A DNA stretch of 20,000 nucleotides from the NCBI RefSeq assembly GCF_004010195.1, contig NC_057718.1, forward strand, positions 70,011,965 to 70,031,964. Reading direction: 5' to 3'. Shown here piece after piece: positions 9,651-20,000 of the stretch (position 1 is the first letter of the stretch; each line of letters starts with the position of its first letter). Origin of the DNA: Chiloscyllium plagiosum. Taxonomy: Eukaryota. Made by a program: the position numbers and the translations under genes. Under the pieces are notes generated by a model. That model made no database searches. It saw only the letters and a list, made by a program, of their open reading frames with translations, and was not told the DNA's origin.

Positions 9651-10828
9651 TAAATTTTTATTTTTACTATTACTATTAGTGAAGATGTGATATGTTTTCA
9701 GTAGAGGTTGAGGAAACCTATGGCTTCAGAATTGTAAGATGCATGTCTGTTCTCCTGTTAAGTATATGCTTGAGTTAAAGCCTGGAGGTCAATCCCTGAA
9801 GATGTCTGATAGTTATTACCGTTGAGTCTAAAAATCTCCACTGGGCAACATTATGGAATACTTATTTTCATTATGGACATAACTACAACATTAGGCTCCT
9901 TCCTTGCAATCAGCAGTGGATTTTCAGCGAAGGAGCTATCACCTCCAAAACTTTGACAAAAATGCAGGAGAGAAAATACAGACTGCAGGTTCTCAGAGTC
10001 TTTGATGACCTGATGTCTATGTGAAACATGATCCAACATCATCATTGGTGGTCCTTTGCAGACAAAAATACATTTCTTCCACTCTCTGAGTGAGTCCATA
10101 GGTGACTGTACAGTGCAATGTGGCTTCCGCAGTTTCTGCCCCACTTGAATCAAAAGCTACTCATGGGATGAGATGGATGAGGCATTGGTGTGGCAGTGCA
10201 CTCCTTATGCTGTTTTCACCTGGCTTTCCCTACAGCAAGTTTTGAGGTGCTCAATGTCTTCTCACATGCTCTTTGGAGGGTCTTGGGCCAGTGATTCCCA
10301 GTTGCCATTGGGAATGCCAAACTTCACCAGTGAGGCCTTGGCAGTATCCCTGAAGCATTCCTTCTGTCCTGCTGGGGCCCACCTGCCATGTTGGGACTGG
10401 GAGTAGAGCATCTGCTTGGGGAGCCTTGCGTTGGTCATGCAGAAAATATGCCCAGCCCCTCATAGCCAATGAAAAGTGGTCAGTGCCTCAATGCTGGAGA
10501 TGTTGGCCTAGTCGAGGATGCTGGTGTTAGTGTGTCTATCTTCCCAGTGAATTTTCAGGATCTTGAGCAGGGAGCATTGATGGTACTGCTCCAGTGCCTT
10601 AATATATCTGCTGTGGAGAATCCACATCTCAGAGCCATATTGGGGCAGGGGGGACGGTATACCATGAGCTTGGTGTCGAATCTGATGATGTTGTCCTCAA
10701 AAACCTTTTTCCTCGGATGGCTGAAGGCTGTGCTAGCACATGGGAGGCCATGCTGGATCTCTTCATCAATATCTGCTTTGATTGACAGGACACTCCTGAG
10801 GTATTGGAAGTGCCAACGTTTTTGAAGG

Positions 10829-10913
10829 GTCAGTTAGACTCAAAACGTCAGCTCTTTTCTCTCCTTACAGATGCTGCCAGACCTGCTGAGATTTTCCAGC
10901 ATTTTTCCTTTGG
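10829..10913 (+). mobile_element. PLE pseudo-LTR fragment inserted in the RTE, with decayed HHR
   Basis: Flanked by GTTTTTGAAGG (10818-10828) and GTTCTTGAAGG (10914-10924). Contains (G)GTC-AGTTA-GACT-CAAAACGTC and GATGCTGCCAGACCTGCTGAG. Confidence 0.7.
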
Positions 10914-11347
10914 GTTCTTGAAGGCCTCCTGTGTACCTTGATCTAGGGTTCATTCCACAATGTCAGGCCAGGTTGATGGAGGATCTTCATCTCGCAAATG
11001 TTCAGAGTGAGGCCCATGCTCTCATCTGCCTCTGTAAAAGTGCTGACCATGGTTTGGAGTTCGTCCTCTGAGTTTGCATACAAGCAAAATGTTATCTGCG
11101 TACTACAGCTCGATGACACTGGTTGGGGTGACTTTAGCTTTGGCTTGAAAGCGGCGGAGTTTCCTGCAGGTTCAATAGGTTAGCTTCACTCCATCAGGCA
11201 TCCTGTCAGTGGTGAGGTGAAGCACTGCAGAGAGATAGATTAAGAACAATGTTAGGGTGATGACACAGCCCTGGTTGATGCCAGTCTGAATAAGGAATGG
11301 GTTTGTGGTGGAGCCGTTTGTCATTACCATAACTTCCATGTTGTCGT

Positions 11348-11818
11348 TGTTTTAAAAAATTCTCAAGGTCAGGTTCGTAGGAGAGTAGTCTGACACAGAA
11401 CAAACGACCAAGAGGCGAGTCTGCTAGAATATGAGCATTTTATTCCCCGCAGCGTCGCCACAACCAGGTCTCATACTTACAACGGGTCTGGCTTATACTC
11501 ACTCTACATGTTACCGGAACTGGGAGCCGTCAGTTCTCGTAGAGCGGTTGCCAACAACCCACGCTCGGCGGTTAAACGTAACCCCGGAGCAGACTCACCG
11601 AACTGGAGACTTTTCCAGCTGATATACTCTTTTCCAGATATAAACATTCATGTGAACAGCAGAGCAAGGCTAAAAAACACATTCCATTCTGGTTACATAC
11701 AGATAAGAAGATTCACACGGGGAGGTGTGTAATAAGATTCACACGGGACTAAGCAACACCTCCATTCCGGTTAGATTCACACATGTATTGGGACATAATT
11801 TTTAACCGTTTCACCACA
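11348..11818 (-). mobile_element. Solo LTR, 471 bp, inserted in the RTE RT domain
   Basis: TG..CA termini with an exact 5-bp TSD GTCGT (11343-11347 and 11819-11823). Removing it rejoins RTE codons LLHD-NMEVM. Minus-strand AATAAA at about 11438-11443, TATA-like motifs, AGATTCACAC x3, CpG-rich. Confidence 0.85.
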
Positions 11819-12456
11819 GTCGTGGAGCAAGTAAAGGATAATGACAAACCCTGTGGAGCAGCTAAAGTTGGAGTAAGGCGCTCCATAATGCCTTTTGGTT
11901 GATGGTGTCAAAGGCCTTTGTAAGGTCAAAGAAAGCAATGTGCAGAGATAGGTTATTTTCTCTGTATCTCTCATACAGCTGTTACATGGTGAAAATCATG
12001 CCTATTGTACCCTTCTGTTGCTGGAAGCCACACTGTAATTCTGGGGTGAGATTCCACAGCCACAAGGAGGAGACAATTGAAGAGGACCTTGGTCTTTTCT
12101 AATGGTCAACACCAAGGAGATTCCCATGTAGTTACCACAGGGATTGTTCCTTTTTTTGAAAATGCTCACGACGGTGGCATATTGGAGCTTTCCCAGGATA
12201 CTCTCCTCCTTCCCGATAAGGCAGACAAGGGCATGTAGCTGCAGCTGGAGCTTTTTGCCTCTGCTTCAATCCCTCAGTGGGAATACCCTCTGCTCCGGCA
12301 GCCTTGCTGTTCTTGAATTGGCAGATGGCCTTATCTGTTTCATGCAGGACTGGGGTGTTGCTGAGCTCGTGGTGTGTAGCATGTTGTGGGATGCAGTCAA
12401 AGGTGCTCGGATCAGTGATAGAGCCCAGATTGAGGAAGTCTCTGAAGTGGTTTCTT

Positions 12457-12477
12457 CCCCCCCCCCCCCCCCCCCCC
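12457..12477 (+). repeat. C21 homopolymer
   Basis: 21 consecutive C within the RTE remnant. Confidence 0.95.
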
Positions 12478-12830
12478 ACCGCCCGCAATGCTTTTTGTTC
12501 CCTTCTTTGTTTTTGATAAGAGTCACTAGGTTTGTGGGGAAGAGCTGGTTGTAAGAGACTATCTTTTCTGAGTCTTTGAGTGCCTTAATGTCAATGAAAG
12601 GAGCCGATAACTGCAGGATAAACAATTGCCTGATCCAAGCTAGGATCAACATAAATATAATCCTGTCTCAGCGGAGACAACTGAAATAGTGCCACAAAAA
12701 GTGCCACTGAGGCACTCAAAGACCGGAAAAGATAACCTTCAACTGATCCTTGGCCCAATGGAATAGCAATGACTGCTGTTCATCTATCTCAATAATATTA
12801 AAAATCACACAACACCTGGCTATAGTCTAT

Positions 12831-12865
12831 CACCTGATGAAGGATCGTCGCTCTGAAAGCTAGTG
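12831..12865 (+). ncRNA. Minimal hammerhead ribozyme, intact core with imperfect stem II
   Basis: CAC-CTGATGA-A-GGATC-GTC-GCTCT-GAAA-GCTA-GTG. Confidence 0.7.
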
Positions 12866-13025
12866 TCTTCCAATTAAACCTGTTGGACTATAACCTGGTG
12901 TTGTGTGATTTTTAACTTTGAACACCCCAGTCCAACACCGGGATCTCCAAACCATGGTTATAGTCCAGCAGGTTTATTTGGAACCACTAGCTTTTGGAGC
13001 ACCACTCCATCAGGTGGTTGTCAAC

Positions 13026-13060
13026 CACCTGATGAAGGAGCAGCTCTCCGAAAGCTAGTG
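13026..13060 (+). ncRNA. Minimal hammerhead ribozyme, intact
   Basis: CAC-CTGATGA-A-GGAG-CAGCT-CTCC-GAAA-GCTA-GTG: stem I CAC/GUG, 4-bp stem II, AGCU palindromic helix III, CUA cleavage triplet. Confidence 0.8.
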
Positions 13061-13324
13061 CTTCCAAATAAATCTGTTGGACTATAACCTGGTGTAATGT
13101 GATTTTTAACTTTTGTCCACCTCCAAGTCATATCTTAATTACATTTTCTTGAGACAGAGCAGTTCGGGCCCAGCCTTGGCCTACTGCCATGAAATGTAGA
13201 AAGTGAGACGAACTTGGCAGAAACAGCTTTGAGATGCAGCCAGCAGCATTCCACTGACAGAAGATGCCATGAAAAGTTTCAGTAATGCAAGATGGAACAT
13301 TCCTGGCTGAATGAAGAAGGTTGA

Positions 13325-13815
13325 TATTCCCCACCTACCTGGATGATTGTGGCTCAAATAAAACTAAAAAACTCAAATCTACAAAGTATAAAGCCACATC
13401 TTTATACCCAGTCCATCAACATAAATAATCACATCTTCCAAAGCACAGTGATAGGAGTATGTGTTATGGACAAGATGCTCTGCAGCCATGCATCAATTCT
13501 ACTTGGACAGCACTTACTGAACCGAAGAGCTCTACCACCTAAAAGGACGGACAGCAGATGCATGGAAACACCATCCCTGCACGTTCCCCATCATGTAGTA
13601 CACCTTCTGGATTTGGAATTTCATTGTCATTACTTCACTGTCTCTGGATCAAAATCCTGGAATTCCCTCCAAACAGCAGAGTGAATATATCTACATCAGA
13701 TGGGAATGTAGTGATTAAAGAAGGCAGCTCACCACTACATTCTGAAAGGAGATTAGAGTTGGGCAATAAATGCTGGCCTTGCCAGCAATCCCACATCCTA
13801 TGAAAGAACTTTTTA
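13325..13815 (+). mobile_element. Old L2/CR1-clade LINE 3' end
   Basis: Decayed coding ..CVMDKMLCSH..LLGQHL.., then the tail GGGCAATAAATGCTGGCCTTGCCAGC..CCCACATCC. The same tail recurs at 16985-17050. Confidence 0.7.
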
Positions 13816-14179
13816 AAATGAGGTCAGTAAGAAACTACAAAGTCATCACAACATGGAAGTTCCCCTTGGATGAACACAGAAAATTTGTGAATTGAGGCCT
13901 GAAATCACCACATAATGAAAGGGAGATCCCTCCATAGGAATCACTTGGACTATGAATGTACCCTTTTCCCACATCACTGGGGCATGTAACGTCTGGCTTA
14001 CTGTAGGGAGGCCACCTACATTGAGCTAGTGTTCTCTACACACCTCTGGAGACCATTTTGCCACCAGTAAAATAATCACAGCAAAGCCACACAATGGTTC
14101 CTAAATTTGCCTTAATTGACTGCCCACCTCTATGGGGCAGTACTGTATCTTGGCTCGATAGCATGACAAACAGTCAGAT

Positions 14180-14275
14180 TCTGATCAAAGTTTATTGCTT
14201 GAAATTATTTACTTCTCTTTCTCTCCATTGATGCTGCCAGATTGACTGCGTACGTTTGGAAACTTCTGTTTTTAT
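14180..14275 (+). mobile_element. Highly decayed PLE pseudo-LTR
   Basis: CTGATCAAAG..TTGAAA, then TTTCTCTCCATTGATGCTGCCAGA..TTCTGTTTTTAT, matching the other copies. Confidence 0.55.
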
Positions 14276-15208
14276 AACAGCTACACATCTTTTATTTGAC
14301 TTATTGAGCCCCATGGCAACAAGTATTGTCATTGATAACAATACATGACTCATTCTATATTCTAGTCAAAGTTATTGACTCATGAATTCAATTTCATATT
14401 TGTTTAAAGGTGTATTAGTTATAATCTTTCTTGGTTTGTTGCCAGAATATTCAGAAGCTTGGGTAGAATCTTGAGCTGAATTGTGGGATAAACACAAACA
14501 CCTGTATTGGTGTACACTGGTGTATAATTTTGCCAGGTTCCAATTACTATCTAATGTCTGTTACCTCTCTTTAGAGACATATATAAAAGACACACACCCA
14601 AAAAGAAACAGGAACTTATTCAGGAAATCAAAGTAACTTACATGACATCACATAAGTATAGGCACTTGCAAATTATGAATTACAGATTCACTGTTCTAAG
14701 TTTATATTTCAAACACCGAATAACATTTTTCTGAGAACTGTTGTATTGAGTTAGTGTCACTTATATACTCTTTGATCCAATCAGCCAATTGCTAAATTAC
14801 AAAATTTATATACTCAATACCGTATGATGCTAAAATTCATCCATGATGTTGCTAAAACTTGTGGTAGGCAGAACATATTTTTGAACATTCTGTAGTAGCC
14901 TGTTAGTGGAATAGCATAGTAGCCACTGGACACAATGTTCCTGATTGAGATGGAAGCAGGAGAAAACTGCCCATGAAATCCGAAATGAGTTGAAAGGCTT
15001 GTTCCTCCTCCCTTTGCTTAATATCCTTCCCATGCAGAATTGCAACTAGATCTCCCCAGAATGGGAGCAAATGTCCTACTTCGCTGCCTTTCAAAATTCC
15101 ACAACTGATGCCAAAATTCCGACACAGCTCCTTTTGGACATAAAAGGACTTTTCTCTTCCACAAACATTACACTAACATTATTTCATTTAACAGGTAGTC
15201 AAAAGTAA

Positions 15209-15332
15209 TTCTTAAGAAGCGCCACAGAACCCAAAACAGTAATTCTGATTTCTCTCCACAGATGCTGGCAGACCTGCTGAATCTTTCTAGCAACTTGTTT
15301 TTGGCTTTGGTTTGCAGCAAGAACAGTTCTTT
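15209..15332 (+). mobile_element. Decayed PLE pseudo-LTR
   Basis: CTTAAGAAG..ACCCAAAAC, then TTTCTCTCCACAGATGCTGGCAGACCTGCTGA..GCAGCAAGAACAGTTCTTT. Confidence 0.6.
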
Positions 15333-16509
15333 GGGGATTTTCTTGTTTATGTAGTGAAAGCACTTATTTTTCTATTTAAATGGCAATGTTTTTAAATACT
15401 TTTAATAGAGGTGTGGTACTCATGATACAAGCAAACAGTTTTTCAAGCAACATTAGATGCTGATTGACGTCGCAATCTTCCCATGCTGCATATTTTCAGG
15501 ACATACAAGAAATATTCATCTCATCACCCTCCACAACATGGTGATCAGTGCATGACATGCTGGAAGAGTTTGGAAGCAGACATGTGCAATGTTCTTTCAG
15601 CTGGTTCTAAATCATAACCATTATGAAGCTAAAACTCAACCAGGGATTTTTCACTCTGGATGACCTTTCCTTTCCCCTTATTGGGATATGTTATGTCTGC
15701 TTTTGAACAATCTCAGCTTTGAAAGCTCCCATTATTTGTTTTTTGTTTTACCCTGCAAATCTTTGAAACCAATCAACATGGTTGGATCAATTCACAAGTC
15801 AGTGGATTTAGCCCACTGAAACAAAATAATATTTTTAAATAAAAATGTTTTCATTCCTGTACCAAAGCAAATGAAGTGGTGATTGCTGTTTCATAAGAGG
15901 TAGTAAGTGAATCATTCTCCAATTTCATTTCCCAGAACTATATCTAGCAGTTCTTCATTCATGTAGTAATGTTTCATAATATGCCTTGATCTGATTATAG
16001 TTGTAAATACACCACTTTACAGAAATGATGCAATCGTTATTTCACTAATTCATTATTTGTAATTCAGTTGTGGTTTATTTCTTGTTCTAATTAGTAAGTA
16101 TTTTGAAGGGAAGCAAAACAGAATAATTAACTTTTTCCTTGAACTAAGTTTCGACAGAATACGATGTCATTCTAAATACTAAATTATCAGAAATAAAAGA
16201 AAACTAATCTACCAGCACTGCAATTTTCAAGAATTATCAGTTTTTGTAAAGTGATAGCCCAGTCCCTGCAATTATAATTAAATGTGACATCATTAATTAC
16301 AATTAAATCAAGGTATATTTCTTAAGCAATTTGTCCATCCCATTACAGATGTAGTGTAGGAAATTTAGCTGATTGGTTACATATTGTAAAATGGCTGTCA
16401 GAAACCACATGTCACAATTTAAAATGGCTTCTTTGACCTTGTATAATGAGTGTAGTTTGAAAGCGTACATTTTTTAAACTTCTATTTTGACCAACAGCTG
16501 GTTGAAAAA

Positions 16510-17120
16510 GTGGTTAATAAAGCACCTGAGACTGTAGACTTTATAAATAGAGTTACTGAGTACAAAAGAGATAAAGTTATGATGAACCTTTATAAATGAT
16601 TGATTAACTTCTACTGGAGTAATATGTCCAATTCTGAACAACACACTTGTGAAAAGAATGTGAATGCAGAAAAGATTCAAGGGAATAGATCCTGGCTTGA
16701 GGTTCTTCTGTTGTAGAGATATATTGGATAAACTGGGGCCGTTCATTTGAAAAATAAAAGATGAATTTGAAAGTGAGAAACTGTCCCTTTTGTGGAAGAG
16801 TCTAAAAGCAGAAGCCAATAATTTACGTTAATTGGTAAAAGAAGCAATGACAAGGTGAAGAAAACTCTACTGTATAGTGAGTGGTTACTATCTGGAATGC
16901 ACTGCCTGGGAGGAGGCAGATTCAACTGAGGCTTTCAAAAGAGATTTCAATAGTTATCTGAAGGAAAAACATATCCATAGCAGCACACCACCACCTTCTC
17001 AAGGGCATCTAGGAATGGACAATAAATGCTAGTGCAGCCAGCAACATACACAAACAAACCTTTTAAAAACACTACATAGAGAAATCAGGGAATTGGTTTT
17101 TCAAATAGCCAACATGAACA
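16510..17120 (+). mobile_element. Old CR1 RT 3' remnant, interrupted by a short L2/CR1-clade tail (16985-17050)
   Basis: CTGGAGTAATATGTCCAATTCTG (decayed LEYCVQFW), GCAGAAAAGATTCA and TCTGGAATGCACTGCCTG (WNALP). Confidence 0.65.
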
Positions 17121-17122
17121 TT

Positions 17123-18858
17123 GAGTCATGTACAGTATGGAAACAGACCCTTCAGTCCAACTTGTCCAGGCCAACCAGATATCCCAAATGCCTCTTAAAT
17201 GTTACAATTGTACCAGCCTCCACCACATCCTCTGGCAGCTCATTCCATGTACCAACCTCTGCGTGAAAGAGTTGTCCCTTAGGTCTCTTTTATATCTTTC
17301 CCCTCTCACCCTAAACCTATGCCCTCTAGTTCTGGATTCCCCGACCCAGGGAAAAGATTTTGCCTATTTATCCTATCCATGCCCCCCATAATTTTGTAAA
17401 CTTCTATAAGGTCACCCCTCAGCCTCCGATGCTCCAGGGAGAACAGCCCCAGCCTGTTCAGCCTCTCCCTATAGTTCAAATCCTCCAACCCTGGCAACAT
17501 CCTTGTAAATCTTTTCGGAACCCTTTCAAGTTTCACAACATCTTTCCGATAAGAGGGAGACCAGAATTGCATGCAATATTCCAATAGTGGCCTAACCAAT
17601 GTCCTGTACAGCCGCAACATGACCTCCCAACTCCTGTACTCAATACTCTGACCAATAAATGAAAGCATTTCAAACGCCTTCTTCACTATCCTATCTACCT
17701 GCGAATCCACTTTCAAGGAACTATGAACCGGCACTCAAAGGTCTCTTTGTTCAGCAACACTCCCTAGGACCTTACCATTAAGTGTATAAGTCCTGCTAAG
17801 ATTTGCTTTCTCAAAATGCAGCACTTTGCATTTATCCAAATTTAACTCCATCTGCCACTTCTCAGCCCATTGGCCCATCTGGTCAAGATTCTGTTGTAAT
17901 CTGAGGTAACCCTCTCCGCTGTCCACTACACCTCAAATTTTGGTGTCATCTGGAAACTTACTAACCATACCTCTTATGCTCGCATCCAAATCATTTATGT
18001 AAACAGAAAAAAGTAGAGGACCCAGCACCGATCCTTGTGGCACTCCACTGGTCACAGGCCTAAAAACAACCCTCCATCACCACCCTCTGTCTTCTACCTT
18101 TGAGCCAGTTCTGTACCCAAATGGCTAGTTCTCCCTGTATTCCATGAGATCTAACCTTGCTAATCAGCCTTCCACGGGGAACTTTGTTGAATGCCTTACT
18201 GAAGTACTTATAGATCACATCTACTGCTCTGCCCTCATCAATCTTCTTTGTTACTTCTTCAAAAAACTCAATCAAGTTTGTGAGACATGATTTCCCACAC
18301 ACAAAGCCATGTTGACTATCCCTAATCAGTGAGAGAGATGCTGCCTTGAATGCTGCCTGACCTGCTGCACTTTTCTAGCAACACATTTTTCAGCGCTTAT
18401 CCCTAATCAGTCCTTGCCTTTCCAAGTACATGTACATCTTGTCCCTCAGGATTCCCTCCAACAACTTGCCCACCATCGAGGTCAGGCTCACCGGTCGATA
18501 GTTCCCTGGCTTGTCTTTACCGCCCTTCTTAAACAGTGGCACCACGTTTGCCAACCTCCAGTCTTCGGGCACCTCACCTGTCACTATCAATGATACAAAT
18601 ATCTCAGCAAGAGGCCCAGCAATCACTTCTCTAACTTCCCACAGAGTTCACGGGTACACCTGATCAGGTCCTGGAGATTTATCCACCTTTAACTGTTTCA
18701 AGGCATCCAGCACTTCCTCCTCTGTAATCTGGACATTTTGCAAGATGACACCTACAGTCTATATCTTCCATATCCTTTTCCCCAGTAAATACTGATGCAA
18801 AATATTCATTTAGTATCTCCCCCATTTTCTGTGGCTCCACACAAAGGCCGCCTTGAAT
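17123..18858 (-). mobile_element. 5'-truncated CR1 LINE ORF2 (RT) with 3'UTR
   Basis: ORFs give ILNEYFASVFT, VPEDWRLANVVPLFKKGGKDKPGNYRPVSLTS, KSCLTNLIEFFEEVT, QWAEKWQME and LYRTLVRPLLEYCMQFWSP..RRLRGDLIEVYKIM. Frameshifted. Confidence 0.95.
18331..18397 (+). mobile_element. 67-bp PLE pseudo-LTR fragment inserted in CR1 with a 14-bp TSD
   Basis: Exact TATCCCTAATCAGT at 18317-18330 and 18398-18411. Insert contains ATGCTGCCTGACCTGCTGCACTTTTCTAGCAACACATTTT, similar to the reverse complement of 8410-8450. Confidence 0.85.
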
Positions 18859-19330
18859 GATCTCTTTCTGTGCAATAACCATTCTATGGTGGAAACTTCC
18901 CCTAATTGTGTGGTGGAGTAATGTTGGACAAGGTGGGAAAATGAAATACTCAATGTTAAGAAACTTATCCTGAAATTTCTCTCAATTACTAAGTGTCAAC
19001 TTCAGAATCTTGCCTTCGAGCAGCAATTATCTTATTTCCATGCATTTGCATTCTACTAAAGTACCATTGTACCATATAATCTTCTTACTTCACTGAGAAT
19101 CTAGACAGCACAAATTTACAACATATAAATCAGAACAGTATCTGGTGACTGTGGCTCACCACATGCTTGTTCCAGACAATGTCTGTGCATGCTCCTGGCA
19201 ATTATTCAATGCAAGACAGAAACAGCAAGCCTGCAGCCTCACTACATCTCACACCTGCTCTCAGACCAACGCTGACACCCCTTTAGCTTTTTATAAAAAT
19301 ATAGAAACTAGGAACAGGAGTAGTCCATTT

Positions 19331-20000
19331 GAAGTTGAGAAGTTGTTGCCGGATTGGATCAGGGTAAACCCTAAGGCTTTCTATAGGTATTTAAGGAATA
19401 AAAGAATGACAAGAGTAAGATTAGGGCCAATCAAGGATAGTAGTGGGAAGTTGTGTGTGGAGTCAGGGGAGATAAGGGAAGCACTAGATGAATATTTTTC
19501 AACAGTATTCACTCTAGAAAATGACAATGTTGTGGAGGAGATTACTGAGATACAGGCTACTAGACTAGGTGTGATTAAGGTTCACAAGGGAGAGGTATTA
19601 GAAATCCTGCAGAGTGTGAAAATAGATAAGTCCCCTGGGCCGGATGGGATTTATCCTAGGATCTTCTGGGAAGCCAGGGAGGAGATTGCAGAGCCTTTGG
19701 TATTGATCTTTAAATCGTCATTGTCTACAGGAATAGTGCCAGAATACTGGAGGACAGCAAATGTGGTTCCCCTGTTCAAGAAGGGGAGTAGAGACAATCC
19801 TGGTAATTATAGACCAGTGAGCCTTCCTTCAGTTGTTGGTAAAGTATTGGAAAAGGTTTTAAGAGAGAGGATTTATAATCATCTAAAAAAGAATAATTTG
19901 ATTAGGGATAGTCAGCACGGATTTGTGAAGGGTAGGTCGTGCCTCACAAACCTTATTAAGTTCTTTGAGAAGGTGACCAAACAGGTAGATGAGAGTAAAC
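19331..20000 (+). mobile_element. Young 5'-truncated CR1 ORF2 with an open frame to the window end
   Basis: About 223 stop-free codons from 19331: NPKAFYRYL..KSPGPDGIYPRI..WRTANVVPLFKKGSRDNPGNYRPVSL..QHGFVKGRSCLTNLIKFFEKVT. Probably missed by the ORF track because no stop falls in the window. Confidence 0.93.

Larger units (their letters stand above)
10035..12540 (-). mobile_element. Decayed RTE-clade LINE (RT domain, C-terminal C2H2-like motif, (GAT)n tail), interrupted by a PLE fragment and a solo LTR
   Basis: Minus-strand motifs in order: HFRDFLN..KAICQFKNSKAAGAEGIP, IAFFDLTKAFDTIN, FVIILYLLHD|NMEVMV, YADN, MGLTLNI, HFQYLRSVLSIKADIDEEIQH, GRNCGSHIALYSHLWTH, then an ATGATGATG-like tail near 10037-10046. 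Confidence 0.88.
12798..13121. mobile_element. Cluster of inverted and tandem PLE pseudo-LTRs (second family) carrying three HHR motifs
   Basis: Inverted arms 12798-12827/12886-12915 and 12956-13020/13022-13089. Direct repeat 12831-12919 / 13026-13113. Confidence 0.8.

Noticed and set aside
12132..12652. Overlapping ORFs with poly-Gly or poly-Pro
   Set aside because: Products of the C21 run within a decayed RTE.
12798..13121. CRISPR array or prokaryotic terminator/REP elements
   Set aside because: Vertebrate repeat context, no regular repeat-spacer period, and no cas-like ORFs.

Overview
Eukaryotic, repeat-dense non-genic (intergenic or intronic) DNA. It is almost certainly from a shark or ray, judging by HE1-type tRNA-derived V-SINEs, shark-type CR1 tails and Penelope-type short repeats. 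No host protein-coding exon could be supported: the ORF track is mostly decayed retroelement sequence or antisense noise. The window is a nested mosaic of several CR1 LINE pieces (ORF1 esterase, ORF2 EN/RT, one still fully open at the window end), a 5'-truncated Tx1/L1-clade LINE with a 15-bp TSD, an RTE LINE remnant, an L2/CR1-clade 3' end, two HE1 SINEs, two solo LTRs with TG..CA ends and TSDs, and a probable Harbinger remnant. The most interesting signal is about 11 dispersed minimal hammerhead-ribozyme (HHR) motifs, intact to decayed (CUGANGA-A-stemII-GAAA-NUH, palindromic helix III), carried by short Penelope-like-element (PLE) pseudo-LTR fragments of at least three sequence types with covarying stems. 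These include a palindromic three-HHR cluster (12798-13121) and an HHR-bearing insertion flanked by a 546-bp near-perfect direct duplication. All family assignments come from motif recognition by eye, not database searches.
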